A model generated the notes under the pieces. The model was not told where the DNA came from and made no database searches. It saw only the letters and a program-made list of their open reading frames with translations. The position numbers and the translations under genes were made by a program. DNA of 64,000 nucleotides, taken from an uncultured virus (IMG/VR IMGVR_UViG_3300001419_000001). Lineage: Duplodnaviria > Heunggongvirae > Uroviricota > Caudoviricetes. Shown piece by piece: positions 38,101-46,741 of the stretch (its first letter is position 1; each line of letters begins with the position of its first letter). The stretch is from IMG/VR virus record IMGVR_UViG_3300001419_000001, positions 1 through 64,000 of that record, one strand, 5' to 3'.

Positions 38101-41100
38101 CTCCTCTTTTAGCAAAATAAAACAACATGTCAATGTAATGTTTTTCTTGTAATGTCTTGCCCTCAATACCAATCATCTTGCCAAATTCAAGATAAGATCT
38201 TGATTCAGCCGATACGCTGTCGTGAAATGACCATAGTTGGGTCAATGCTTGATACATGTTCAATGCGTGTGACTGAGCCAATACATATTCTTTTCTTTCT
38301 TGTCCCGGCTTGTTTTTAAGTTTAGCCATTTTTCTAACGTAAGGACTGATTGCAAGATTGTTGATTTTCCAAATGGTATATAGTTTTGCCCAGTTCTGTT
38401 CTTCTACAAGATCTTTATGACCATGGGTCATGCCAAATTTTTCAAGAGTGTATTGAAGGTTGTTGGCTCTCAACTCCAATCGTCTAGATGTGTTTCCAGT
38501 TGTCATCTCATAGATGCCATCAACTGGTGTGGGATAGACATATGGAGCCTTGGAGTTTTTGTACCTATTGGCATATCCTCTTGCTTCAGATGGAATAACA
38601 TCATTGACAGAAGTTATCTCTTTGTCCATTCTAGCTACCTTGTCTGCTTTGGCATCTTGGATCAACTTATTATAGAACATCTGTTGAAGTGACATGATGC
38701 CTCTTTCCTGCCAAGGAATGGCTGCATACTCTGGCCTGAATGCACCAAGCCCCTTGATGCTTTTTTCTGATCCGGGGTTGTATTCAATATCCATTGCAGT
38801 ATTAAGTGTTCTAGATGGGTCAACCAAGAATCGGATTGCATTCTTAAGCAAGCCACCATTGCTTCTTCTTAAATCAATTGCGTCTTTTGATAAACTTGGT
38901 TCATTGCGAATATAGTCAATATATGATTGGTCTTCTCTAGTTGATCGCTCATACCACTCTTGCATAAATCCTTCTCTTGTTTCGGATTCAGCCATGTTGT
39001 AGTTACCAAACTTTGGTGCATATCGTGGTGATAGTTGCATAGCAATATGTCTTGCCATAAGTTTTTGCACCTCAAGTTCAGCCTTATCTCTACTCAATTT
39101 GCTAAGATTGTTTTTATTGAATCCCCACATGGCATACTTCTGATCATCTTTTCCACCGGGGGTATTTTCTCTTTCGACTGATGACAGTTCTGAGTTGATA
39201 GGTTGGAACTTATGCCCAACAAAATACCCACGCCCACCACTTGAATCAAACCCCATTGTAAAATAGACATTGAAATCTTCAAAACCAAGAATATCCGATT
39301 CCTCAATGCGACGGCCAAGGATATCGGAATGTTCTTGTATTCTACCTCTTATGCCATCATTCTCGATACCTCTTAATCTAAAGGGAACTCTTTGCAATGC
39401 ATTCAATGCTATTAGAGTAGGTGTTGTCTTATACCATTCTTCTTTGCCCATTAGAATAATATTAAGTTTCCTTGCTTGCTCATCTCCCAGTTTAATAAGC
39501 CCATCTTCAGTTTTTTCTAAACCACCAACAAACTCTATTGCTTTATCAATTCTTTCTTGATATTCGGCTCTTACTGTTTTAATATCAAGTTTTCTAATTT
39601 CAGCAATAAATTTAATTCTTTCTTCAATGGCTTCTTGTAAGAAATTTAAGGAGAACATTCTTTCTGCGGTTATAGTGTAACCATTTTCCTTAGCCTTTTG
39701 TCTAAGATTTTTTGTCCAATCTTTTTGGTATACATCCCGCAATTCTGTTGATATTGCCGCTGCTAATTGTTGTCTTTGCTCAGAAGTAACACCACCCAAT
39801 GCTTCATCTAGAATATTGAATTGAAGATATGCTTTGGTGTTCATCAAGTGTTGAGCAATAAAATCTGCATCAACTCCCGTAAGTCCTACTGGTTTGGATT
39901 CAGACATCCAATTTTCAATACCCTCTCTAACTGCTTTCAACCCACCAGAATATAGTCTAGCAATAACTGCATTCTTAAAACCTTCTCTTGCTTCTTGAGC
40001 AGATTCTGTTAAAAACTCTTTTAGTCTTCGTGCCTGCTCCGTTCCATTTGTATCTTTCTGTGAGATATATACCTTTTCAATTTGATCAAGACTATCACGC
40101 AAGAGAGTTACGGCTTCTTGGTATCTATCTTTTGCTTCATCCTCAAGACCAATATCTCTTAACATGTCATCCAACCTAGATCCATCTTTGTCAAGGTACA
40201 TCAAAGACAAAGCAGCCATGTGGTGGGCACCGTTCATGTTGAAGTCAAAGTAATTACTTCTACTAAAACCACCCTCTTTATATGCTTTGATTCCTCTTTC
40301 AAGTGATTGATATAAAATATCTTCGCCTAAAAATGGATATGTTTTGACATGAGCAAACAATGGACCCATACCCGAAAGAACTGCGGTTGCTGACAACGAC
40401 CCCGGAGAAAGTGCATCTTCCTTGAACATTCTATTTTTGGTATTTTCATCCAAGAATATTTTTGCTCCGGGTGCATATGTCATTGAGTCGTGTTGCCAAA
40501 GAAGTAGCAACTCTGGCATATCCAATAGTGCTTCAATTGTCCTTGCCCTAAGATCTTCAATTGTTGGTAGTTTATTAGATAAAGCCCTGTTATTTGTATT
40601 TGGATTCAAGCCCATTGATAACAGATCTGGTCTTCTATCGGTTAAGACTTCATCTGGATCTTCTGTGAGATTCTTGTAGGCATTGATAACAGACTCTGGA
40701 TCGTCGATGTCGGAATTAAGAATATGTTGAATGCGTTGTCTTAATCTGTAATCTACAAATGCAGATTCAATGTCTGGCAATGCCCTTGGGAAAATATGAT
40801 GGACCTCACCAACAACCGGTGCCCTAAAGATAAGAGACTGATATACCTTCCTATCTGGTTTACCGCCTGATGACAATAGGTGTCTATTAGCCCTAGCACT
40901 TATTTCTTCACTAGGTTTAGAATTTAATGATGGTTTAAATCCTTGCCGGTGGTTTGTAATAATTTGTGCAATACCACGACCAAGGCTTGTTGCTACGGCA
41001 TAGTCAATGTTTCCATTTCCAAAATCAACAATATCAAAGTCTTTCAAATCACTGTACTTCTTGATTGTGGCAATGAGGAATTCCATAATGTAGTCATCTT

Positions 41101-44029
41101 CTCGGTTTGTTGATTCTTGCGGCTTGAAGTTCTCTGCTTCTGCAAGTTCAGCAAGTCTTTTCTGATAGGATCTACCTAGTTGTTCCTTGAATCCATCAAC
41201 AACAGCACTGATGTATTGGTTCCTTTGGTCTTTTTCATTCCCTTCTGCAAACTCAATGCCCGGAATCAATCCGTTTTTATCTGCTCCTATAATCCCAATT
41301 GGAAGTCTACTGTCGTTGCTTAGATAAGTACTCTTGTTGATTTCCTTAGCAGCCTCCGCATTTAACTTGGAAATCTTAACGGCTGTCATGTATGCCTGTT
41401 GTTCTGGCGTAAGACCTTCTTTAATAACCTTAGATAGAACTCTTCCAAAGGCTTCAGTGTTTGGCGCAAATCTTAAGGATGCAGCCATAAGAGCCATTAC
41501 AATTGGTTGGGCTTTGTCAAGATCTATGACCGTTTTGTTGTTTTCTTCTTGTCCAAGGAAACTATCAAATGCCGTTGCCATTGTTCTACCTAATGCTGTT
41601 GTAGTCCACTGTGCAACAGATTCAGATATGCCATTATAGGTAGATGAGTGTTGTGTAACGGATGCCCAAGTAGGCACTAGTTCCTCAATAGTTACAGCAT
41701 AGACGTTCCTGTTGGTGTGTCTGACTCTGACAGAAGCACCGTTTCTTTCCTGCATGGCCCTGAACACTTGAATGTTTAATGCTCCATCAGCCAGTGAATA
41801 TGTTTCCAGTCTTTGTCTTGCCTGATCAGAAGTTACTTTGTTGATGTCCTCGACAATTATTTCCTTTTCTTCTGCGGACAATACTTCATCTGGTATTGCA
41901 GAAAGATCTTCAATGGTTACTGTCTGATCAAGAGATCTTTTCTTCAACAATGGAGGCATGTAGTTATCTTCTGTCTTAAACTCAGATACACCTACTGCTG
42001 ATGCCACATTGCCCAACTTATACATCTGGCTAGTGGCATTTGTTGAGTTCTCCGTTGTGCTTCGGAATGCCCTCATGTTTTGGAATATATCGAAACTACG
42101 AAGCATGATCCTAGATGCCATTTCGGTTGCTTCTCGTGTTCCAATCTTTTGAGCAATGGCATATAGATCAAATGCGTTGCCGTTATATGTTACCAAAGCC
42201 ATGCCTTGGTTTTGTTTTGATTCAATCTCAACCAATAGATCCATCAACTCTTCGCTGGTAAATGCCACACCATCTGCACTTGATCGAACAGAACTAGGAT
42301 CTTTCTCCCTGCCCTCTTCTGTAAAGATGACGGTGTGGATGTTTTTATCACCATCCAAATATGTTTCAAGACCCAATGAAAAGACTTTTGTGTTCTTCTT
42401 CCAGTTTACTGGATCGGTAAACTCTGGGGATGATAGCACATCTTCATCCAATCCTAGTTCTTTTAGCAGAGTTTTTGTTATACTGAGAATCTCATCATAT
42501 GACATGTCTCCAGCACTGGTATCCGAATCTCTCCACTGAATTGCCTTCTTAAACAATATAGTAGCATCTACGTCATCAATCTTTGGGATTTGGCTGATGA
42601 TCTTGGCAATAAATGCTATATCGACAAACCTTCCAAATTGGGGCAGTCTTCGATATGTTTCCATTCGAGATAGCAATGACTTTAATGCTCGATAGAGAAC
42701 CTCTCCGTCTTTTTCTCCAAGGACATTCTTGCTTGGGATCTTGCCCGGTGTAGAATCTCTTATGCTTTCTGCCAGTGACTTGTCAGGTATCAGTAGCATC
42801 TGTCCATCTGTTTCGTCAATGATCCCCTCTATTGTTGGATCATTCAGTGATGAAGCAAGTTCATCAAGGGATTCCTCATCTGCAAAATCAGTATCCGCAA
42901 TGAATTTTTCTCTAGATCCTGCATACTCAAAGGAAAGGCTCTTCCACTCTTTGAACAACTCATTGACCTTTTTTCTGGTAAGCGGCTTGTTTTTGTCCAC
43001 CCGTTGCATTACAAAATTCTCACCCAATACTTTAGCAAGCAAGGCTGATTCAATTGTATTACTTTCCTTGAACATTTCTTCAATGACATCTTCCCTGAAT
43101 GAAATGTCTCTCTTCATTTCTTCTATGTCTTTGGCTATGCTTGCTAGAGTTTGTGGAACACTGTCAATGAATGAGTCCAAGGAAACTCCTCGGTAGATAC
43201 CAAAGTCTTTTGACAACTGATCAATAAGATCTCGCTTTTGTTTGATCAATTCTGCCAATGCTTTTCTTTCTGATGGGTTTCTTTGTTTAAATTGCTCTAC
43301 TACTTTATTAGACTTCTTTTCCAGTTCTTTTATTTTCTTTACAATCTCTGACGCTTGCTTCTTTAATGCTCCCTTTCGTTTAGAATTTTTTTCAGAGTCA
43401 ATTTTATTATTGATTCTTTGTAATCTTTTGCCTAACTTAACCAACTCTAGTCTGTTTTCGTTGATTGCTTTAGGCTTGTTTTGATTTAGAAGCATTACAA
43501 TTGTGTCGATATCTTGATTTAGATCATCCAATTTCAACTCTAGTTCATTAAGTTTAGCATTGTCTTGCCCTCGTCTGTTATTTGCCTCGGCTCTTTCTCT
43601 TGCTTTTCTAAGAAGAGTTGCTAAACGGTTTGCCTTTACCTCATCTCCAGAATCACGATATCGTTGGATCATGCTCTCTGCTGTTTCAAACCTAGTTATT
43701 TTTGGTTGTGGACCCCCTCTGTTTGATTTCTTATAGACCAACACTCTAAGTCTTTCAGTCTCACCTTGTGAAAGAATACTAGAAATTCTTGGTATACCGG
43801 CATCAAAGCCTCGTCTTGCCTTTTCAATCAGTCCATCCAATTCTCGTTGCTCATCTGCATTCAGCCCTTTGGGTTGCACCAATCTAGCATATCCAGCAGG
43901 ATCGCTAAGTGCTGCCTCCACATGGGCAAGGTCTGCTGCAATTTGATTTGCATTCAATCCTCTGCCTTCTAGTTGAGTGCGTCTTTCATCAAGAATTTTT
44001 TGTATAAGTTCTGGTGAGCATGGGTCCAT
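32189..44029 (-). CDS. Giant (3946 aa) internal virion/ejection polyprotein with putative virion RNA polymerase, degenerate DnaQ-like exonuclease and zincin metallopeptidase domains
   Basis: One 11.8-kb ORF with AAGGAG SD; motifs YFDFNMNGAHHMAAL, KDRY, REGFKNAVIARLYSGG, TYNGNAFDL, AHEISH..EEFLAE; one Cys found by eye; last gene of the internal virion cluster. Confidence 0.8.
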   Translation of the reverse strand: MDPCSPELIQKILDERRTQLEGRGLNANQIAADLAHVEAALSDPAGYARLVQPKGLNADEQRELDGLIEKARRGFDAGIPRISSILSQGETERLRVLVYKKSNRGGPQPKITRFETAESMIQRYRDSGDEVKANRLATLLRKARERAEANNRRGQDNAKLNELELKLDDLNQDIDTIVMLLNQNKPKAINENRLELVKLGKRLQRINNKIDSEKNSKRKGALKKQASEIVKKIKELEKKSNKVVEQFKQRNPSERKALAELIKQKRDLIDQLSKDFGIYRGVSLDSFIDSVPQTLASIAKDIEEMKRDISFREDVIEEMFKESNTIESALLAKVLGENFVMQRVDKNKPLTRKKVNELFKEWKSLSFEYAGSREKFIADTDFADEESLDELASSLNDPTIEGIIDETDGQMLLIPDKSLAESIRDSTPGKIPSKNVLGEKDGEVLYRALKSLLSRMETYRRLPQFGRFVDIAFIAKIISQIPKIDDVDATILFKKAIQWRDSDTSAGDMSYDEILSITKTLLKELGLDEDVLSSPEFTDPVNWKKNTKVFSLGLETYLDGDKNIHTVIFTEEGREKDPSSVRSSADGVAFTSEELMDLLVEIESKQNQGMALVTYNGNAFDLYAIAQKIGTREATEMASRIMLRSFDIFQNMRAFRSTTENSTNATSQMYKLGNVASAVGVSEFKTEDNYMPPLLKKRSLDQTVTIEDLSAIPDEVLSAEEKEIIVEDINKVTSDQARQRLETYSLADGALNIQVFRAMQERNGASVRVRHTNRNVYAVTIEELVPTWASVTQHSSTYNGISESVAQWTTTALGRTMATAFDSFLGQEENNKTVIDLDKAQPIVMALMAASLRFAPNTEAFGRVLSKVIKEGLTPEQQAYMTAVKISKLNAEAAKEINKSTYLSNDSRLPIGIIGADKNGLIPGIEFAEGNEKDQRNQYISAVVDGFKEQLGRSYQKRLAELAEAENFKPQESTNREDDYIMEFLIATIKKYSDLKDFDIVDFGNGNIDYAVATSLGRGIAQIITNHRQGFKPSLNSKPSEEISARANRHLLSSGGKPDRKVYQSLIFRAPVVGEVHHIFPRALPDIESAFVDYRLRQRIQHILNSDIDDPESVINAYKNLTEDPDEVLTDRRPDLLSMGLNPNTNNRALSNKLPTIEDLRARTIEALLDMPELLLLWQHDSMTYAPGAKIFLDENTKNRMFKEDALSPGSLSATAVLSGMGPLFAHVKTYPFLGEDILYQSLERGIKAYKEGGFSRSNYFDFNMNGAHHMAALSLMYLDKDGSRLDDMLRDIGLEDEAKDRYQEAVTLLRDSLDQIEKVYISQKDTNGTEQARRLKEFLTESAQEAREGFKNAVIARLYSGGLKAVREGIENWMSESKPVGLTGVDADFIAQHLMNTKAYLQFNILDEALGGVTSEQRQQLAAAISTELRDVYQKDWTKNLRQKAKENGYTITAERMFSLNFLQEAIEERIKFIAEIRKLDIKTVRAEYQERIDKAIEFVGGLEKTEDGLIKLGDEQARKLNIILMGKEEWYKTTPTLIALNALQRVPFRLRGIENDGIRGRIQEHSDILGRRIEESDILGFEDFNVYFTMGFDSSGGRGYFVGHKFQPINSELSSVERENTPGGKDDQKYAMWGFNKNNLSKLSRDKAELEVQKLMARHIAMQLSPRYAPKFGNYNMAESETREGFMQEWYERSTREDQSYIDYIRNEPSLSKDAIDLRRSNGGLLKNAIRFLVDPSRTLNTAMDIEYNPGSEKSIKGLGAFRPEYAAIPWQERGIMSLQQMFYNKLIQDAKADKVARMDKEITSVNDVIPSEARGYANRYKNSKAPYVYPTPVDGIYEMTTGNTSRRLELRANNLQYTLEKFGMTHGHKDLVEEQNWAKLYTIWKINNLAISPYVRKMAKLKNKPGQERKEYVLAQSHALNMYQALTQLWSFHDSVSAESRSYLEFGKMIGIEGKTLQEKHYIDMLFYFAKRGVNVLKPITLGLEPTNNIVASGEPSSDERSTRITTLTVQSIDSLQMIYNVVYETEGRKIATEYMKKVDPENFKSLEKDGNGFVLLSSVPKEHQQAVFREIFTSDRTQRREEFDLYLFIDEVTQETQIGNKIDFDNAKNPKARGRDGGMPRFDTSRTNGNTIYKLTPEDLQNMFTQLQNQVLLYNTELATALGTDIGMVDNENMVFMNAERRRFYETQRMAYADEMDILSILHSRSTSPLRTTYNVGMSGDFGLPVEVYDAGFYVAGKDADPRGTAFDRAWQGKISRAIETARMYGLTEEAERLETLLTSDNKYLIPAIIIMSQVEEREARLQRLRSYVGSAMDNKQFEKIYRDASLFINDYLNAVTRDVPRNKFSHQAKRFVELNGPIEVINISPKVLKAIGVEDTSSREEVQLAKQALENANKQYTQEAGILLTDNNIETLVEDDGLTDAFQSNGQHIEIQISALVQQGAITEETAELYRGMFGIILTHNKEFANNLSIVLDPSLERAGLSQRYGDRFVIKLNPQLLKRRAVPEALEVMAHEISHIARLRHLETESEAYRGFIAAFRTKEGKEAITDMVTSMYAGDKGEINALLDHYTTNAEEFLAEWGAFVLISRTINNKSVINNINKLREKYNVVDEATSWWERAFNRIKRIASSITQRMQVFRQSNRKAMEYMDNLVEVMFNFGNTYSTSRAAVDNITGTFGTPLVELERGTGIIDSDKIVDLLGKYNTVDALESRVEYLSEEEQATLINYKNELAELPANTILGLDTKEYIETINRLVQYGSETGQVEITRKPRSKDERIALATFVLERISKIRGVRPDNLSVISRLVRDMPKATRVRNWIIETFLTGTARKVGEQGKLGGGLGGGSSANLTYASAESILVALGFIMNTVKGGGIFSEKVGGILQDKNYIEQWSRPVVLMSERIKNSYNQREAQLIRSAAFYYMLLGKPSDRNQIPIGEDLTNEMFELAKQYAETYASNISNFVDLAVEYETYTSSFVSPEDMIALRINNTFFEKDSESAGRFEEALSKLYTKKVEDNMKDEGMVDVYSLYLSGGMFSISDAYSNNSPIEEFYNKIQSEIIKLNEAQRLILDEVESFAFELYKEKNPNTTLTLSSFKYSLKLNTTNSNWQAAKEHLLEAATRILRQANSGKSYSTIFKSLNSSQRNTIIKYLQGNLNNQVSESAVRQEQDIVRGRLPYIFYGSTKPPKYFKNNVLDKKNSPIRLRVLNLINSQGHSTVMPNAQSLDVTAKDIFIEASGLNPNERSILRNGFSTDLKSIIVGMERTMARSAYNRKAIQDLSGVRGVSFANLIEAIKGAKQDSDWDSVLDEVQRKHDLAIGAATRVIETQGSGEENFGLRAADFFTTALWGPNRNAAALINEGTLSTVVTTIYGGNPIAFMKDVVSGILPLFTNVISRKLGNRLLNNSIFTSVPQALFDIDTATRGFLEHQLITKDEEEAVSSLDQNGFKKTKPIKVKGAIDSFWKRIKDSHLIVEPALRAAMMRQAQVALIRRINKLEKYLDFIEQYDGPRGPEMYKRLEVEVGTTRILDLWGSEKLVVQYMHESGLLDRKTIKALKYIVTELNGISKTGILGREFFDISEIQRMIEESVTSRLFDKMPNSGGLTKNDLYEALNAVGKFQVSLMRQAITEGNTMDRQTEGRPILSFMNLYRSFPKLFVTQHALESYGRTTGGILATKVITAGFFDIIYNLALLWAVGVITEDDIERWKKEGPNIKDYTLLTTVVARNPFFTTRMLPSIVASLLPIIAGKTIAGDKISIYDMTLAGLPPAAAAILSGVAKSIQIGQDAINRDGEFSLGQATDFAARLIPFIDPITRYYIASVIDPEFKQNKNKTNRGRNTSPINVGNTLMDNQLETERSLFRAILNEAFPTGMKNLVQPMPSFMDAQMPPMPFQPPKATELLQNLQSPAEGVSEPPAAPQPQPTTTPSPMEGPRSINPAKPPEQLGGP

Positions 44030-44041
44030 ACTATCTCCTTG

Positions 44042-46741
44042 TTAACAATCCGTTCGTTTTCTTGCATCAGCAATAAACTGATCAAAGTCAGATTGAGGTT
44101 CTGTTTTAGTTAGATCAATTGGTGGGGTATCTGTTTCCGAAACACCTTCATCTACAGGTGTTGTGATTTGTTCTAAGGGTAATGTAGGCGTACCCTCGGC
44201 TTGTTCACTTGCTGGTGGTTTAGGAGTCTCAGGAGCAGCCTCAGGAGCAGCCTCAGGAGCAGCCTCAGGAGCAGCCTCAGGAGCAGCCTCAGGAGCAGCC
44301 TCAGGAGCAGCCTCAGGAGCAGCCTCAGGAGCAGGTCTAGTCGCTTGTGTTGCTTCCCTTTCTTCTATCAATCTTCTTACAATACTTAATGTATTTTTGT
44401 GTATGTTGGCATTTAGATTTTCAACCATGGTAATGCCTTCTTTAGCCAACTCTGTATCAATAACACCATCATCATCTCTGAAGATATCCAAGAACTCCAA
44501 GGCTTGTGCATTTTCATTATAACTATTAAGATCTATTTTTAAGTCTGGTAGATTTGTCTTTTCTCTTGCTGATTTATATATTTCAGTAATTCTTTCTGCT
44601 GCTTCTGTGATTGCTTCAGGATCAGCACTAATCTCTTCATAAGTATCTTGAATCAATTCTTTAAAGGCATCTATATCTGTTGATGCCAATCTCATAAGGT
44701 CGGTTTCTGAGATGCCTTTTTCCTCAAGTTTATTTCTCATAATGAACTCAATTGAAATAGCCCTTTGTAGAGCCTTCATGTCTTCATCACCAACACGAAT
44801 GTTTCTTTCTCTTAGACGATCTACTGTATGGGTATGCAGAAGAATGGCTGCTTCTTCTGTTGTCAATTGCACGCCTTCTGGGACAGAATCAAACACTGAA
44901 CTGATTATGGAATTGAGATCAATGTTGACACCCTTGTTGGCTGCTTGTCGTTGAAGGGCTGACTGCAATCGTATTACACTTAATGGCATTGACTTATCCC
45001 CAGTCATCTGCTGCCAAGCGAAGTGTTGATGGAGTTGAAGGAATGCATTGAAATACGTCTCTTGGATAACCTCAATTGGTACATCCTTCACATTGAGGTT
45101 TGCTTGTAACTCAATCATTTGCTTGAGAGCAGGGTCTATTTTTCTGGTTGCCTTATCCCAAAGTGCTGGACCAATTTGATCAGCACCTATTCCTTCAATT
45201 GCCTGTCCCAATCCCAAGTTGATTCCCCTGAAAACTTTTCCAAATACTATCTGACCAACACCCTCTTCAAGCATTTCACCCCAAAGTCTTCCACTGCTCC
45301 ATTCCATATTGTCTGTAATCTGGTTTTGTATATTGTACAAGGCACCTTCTACAAGACCTTGCCCAAAGTCAGTGAAAACCGAAGTCATGAACTTACCCGC
45401 AGTAACCTCTGATCCCCATTGTACACCTTCAACAGCCAGTCTTCTTGATAGGATACTGTTGGTTACAATATAACCCCAGTTACTTGGGACCATGAGTGCT
45501 TGGTATGTTCTTAGATTCTGCAACAATGAGTTTGTTTTCTTTGTGGCATTGGCTAGATCTCTGGCATTGTCAGCCATCCTAGCAGCACTGTATACTCCTC
45601 TGCTTAAAGATCTTGCTTTGTTTGCTCTGACTAGTGTTGTAACGGCTCCTACGCCTGCGTAGCCGCCTGCTGATGCTAGGGTAAGGGCAAGTTCTACAGG
45701 CATGTCGGCAGATCTAAAACTCTGAATGATGAACTGTTTTGCAAAATCTAATTTATTCTCAACCCAGTTTTGATCTCTTGCTCTAGATGAAAGTATTGCT
45801 TGGATGTGGGACATATCCACGGCTTCATTGATAGCGTATCTAAACTCCCAATGGTTTGGTGTCCTTAACAATTGTTCTACATTTACTCCAGCAACATTTA
45901 CTAGATATGAAGAGTAGTCTGGGTGGTATTCTTGCATGAGTTCCCAAGCCTTTTTAGCATCCCATCCTTCTTGTTTTTGCTCCCCAAATACTTGAGTTGG
46001 AAGGATCCCCTCTTCGCCAAACAAGGCTCTAATATTTTCAAATAAAAAGAAGTTTGTATCTACATCTTCCATTCCCTCTCGTCTATTATCGACAAAAGGA
46101 ATGTAGTCAAGGATCTTTGCCCAAGTTGAATCATAGGCAGTTGATCGTTTTCTAAATGCTTCTTCTTCTGGGGTTAAGCGAGGAAACAACTCTGGGTTCT
46201 CTCTCTCAAGAGTTCCAAAGTATTGTTCTCCTATTGTGTATAATCTAGTAGTTCTATAGATAGATGGGGTTTCAACAGCAGATAAAGCAAGTTGGTTGAG
46301 TCTTCCGTAGGATGCTTGATCAAACGCTTGCTGCGGATCAATATCTCTAGAAACAAGGTTTCCCGTCTCTAAATCGAAACCAATAACAGGAGCCAGTGGA
46401 CCAAGGTCTTTGCGTAGTTTCTTTTGGTTTTCTGTTAATCCACCAGAATTGTCTAACATTTTGTTTATAAAATCATATGATTCTTGTCTTGACTGGGCTT
46501 GTTGTTCTTTCATCTCTTGTTCTAATTGAGATCTTTGAACCATACTGGGATCTACGCTTTCATAAAAACTAGTATAAACAACAAGGTCTGAAACAAATTT
46601 ATTAAACTCTTCCATATTCTCATCTGTTTCTTCTGCTATGGATCCAGCCATCATATCGTATATTCTTTGGTTTTTTTCCTGCCTAAGCCTTTCTTGCTCA
46701 GATGGCTCGTTCTTCATTTTCCACCAGTCATATAAACTCAT
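44042..46741 (-). CDS. Internal virion/ejection protein (899 aa)
   Basis: Lies between two other large internal proteins; Gly/Ala-rich amphipathic middle; only Cys seen is the last residue. Confidence 0.65.
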   Translation of the reverse strand: MSLYDWWKMKNEPSEQERLRQEKNQRIYDMMAGSIAEETDENMEEFNKFVSDLVVYTSFYESVDPSMVQRSQLEQEMKEQQAQSRQESYDFINKMLDNSGGLTENQKKLRKDLGPLAPVIGFDLETGNLVSRDIDPQQAFDQASYGRLNQLALSAVETPSIYRTTRLYTIGEQYFGTLERENPELFPRLTPEEEAFRKRSTAYDSTWAKILDYIPFVDNRREGMEDVDTNFFLFENIRALFGEEGILPTQVFGEQKQEGWDAKKAWELMQEYHPDYSSYLVNVAGVNVEQLLRTPNHWEFRYAINEAVDMSHIQAILSSRARDQNWVENKLDFAKQFIIQSFRSADMPVELALTLASAGGYAGVGAVTTLVRANKARSLSRGVYSAARMADNARDLANATKKTNSLLQNLRTYQALMVPSNWGYIVTNSILSRRLAVEGVQWGSEVTAGKFMTSVFTDFGQGLVEGALYNIQNQITDNMEWSSGRLWGEMLEEGVGQIVFGKVFRGINLGLGQAIEGIGADQIGPALWDKATRKIDPALKQMIELQANLNVKDVPIEVIQETYFNAFLQLHQHFAWQQMTGDKSMPLSVIRLQSALQRQAANKGVNIDLNSIISSVFDSVPEGVQLTTEEAAILLHTHTVDRLRERNIRVGDEDMKALQRAISIEFIMRNKLEEKGISETDLMRLASTDIDAFKELIQDTYEEISADPEAITEAAERITEIYKSAREKTNLPDLKIDLNSYNENAQALEFLDIFRDDDGVIDTELAKEGITMVENLNANIHKNTLSIVRRLIEEREATQATRPAPEAAPEAAPEAAPEAAPEAAPEAAPEAAPEAAPETPKPPASEQAEGTPTLPLEQITTPVDEGVSETDTPPIDLTKTEPQSDFDQFIADARKRTDC
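44228..44334. repeat. Perfect 12-bp tandem repeat (CTCAGGAGCAGC, ~9 copies) encoding (APEA)n
   Basis: Read directly: 8 full units plus 11 of 12 nt. Confidence 0.97.
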
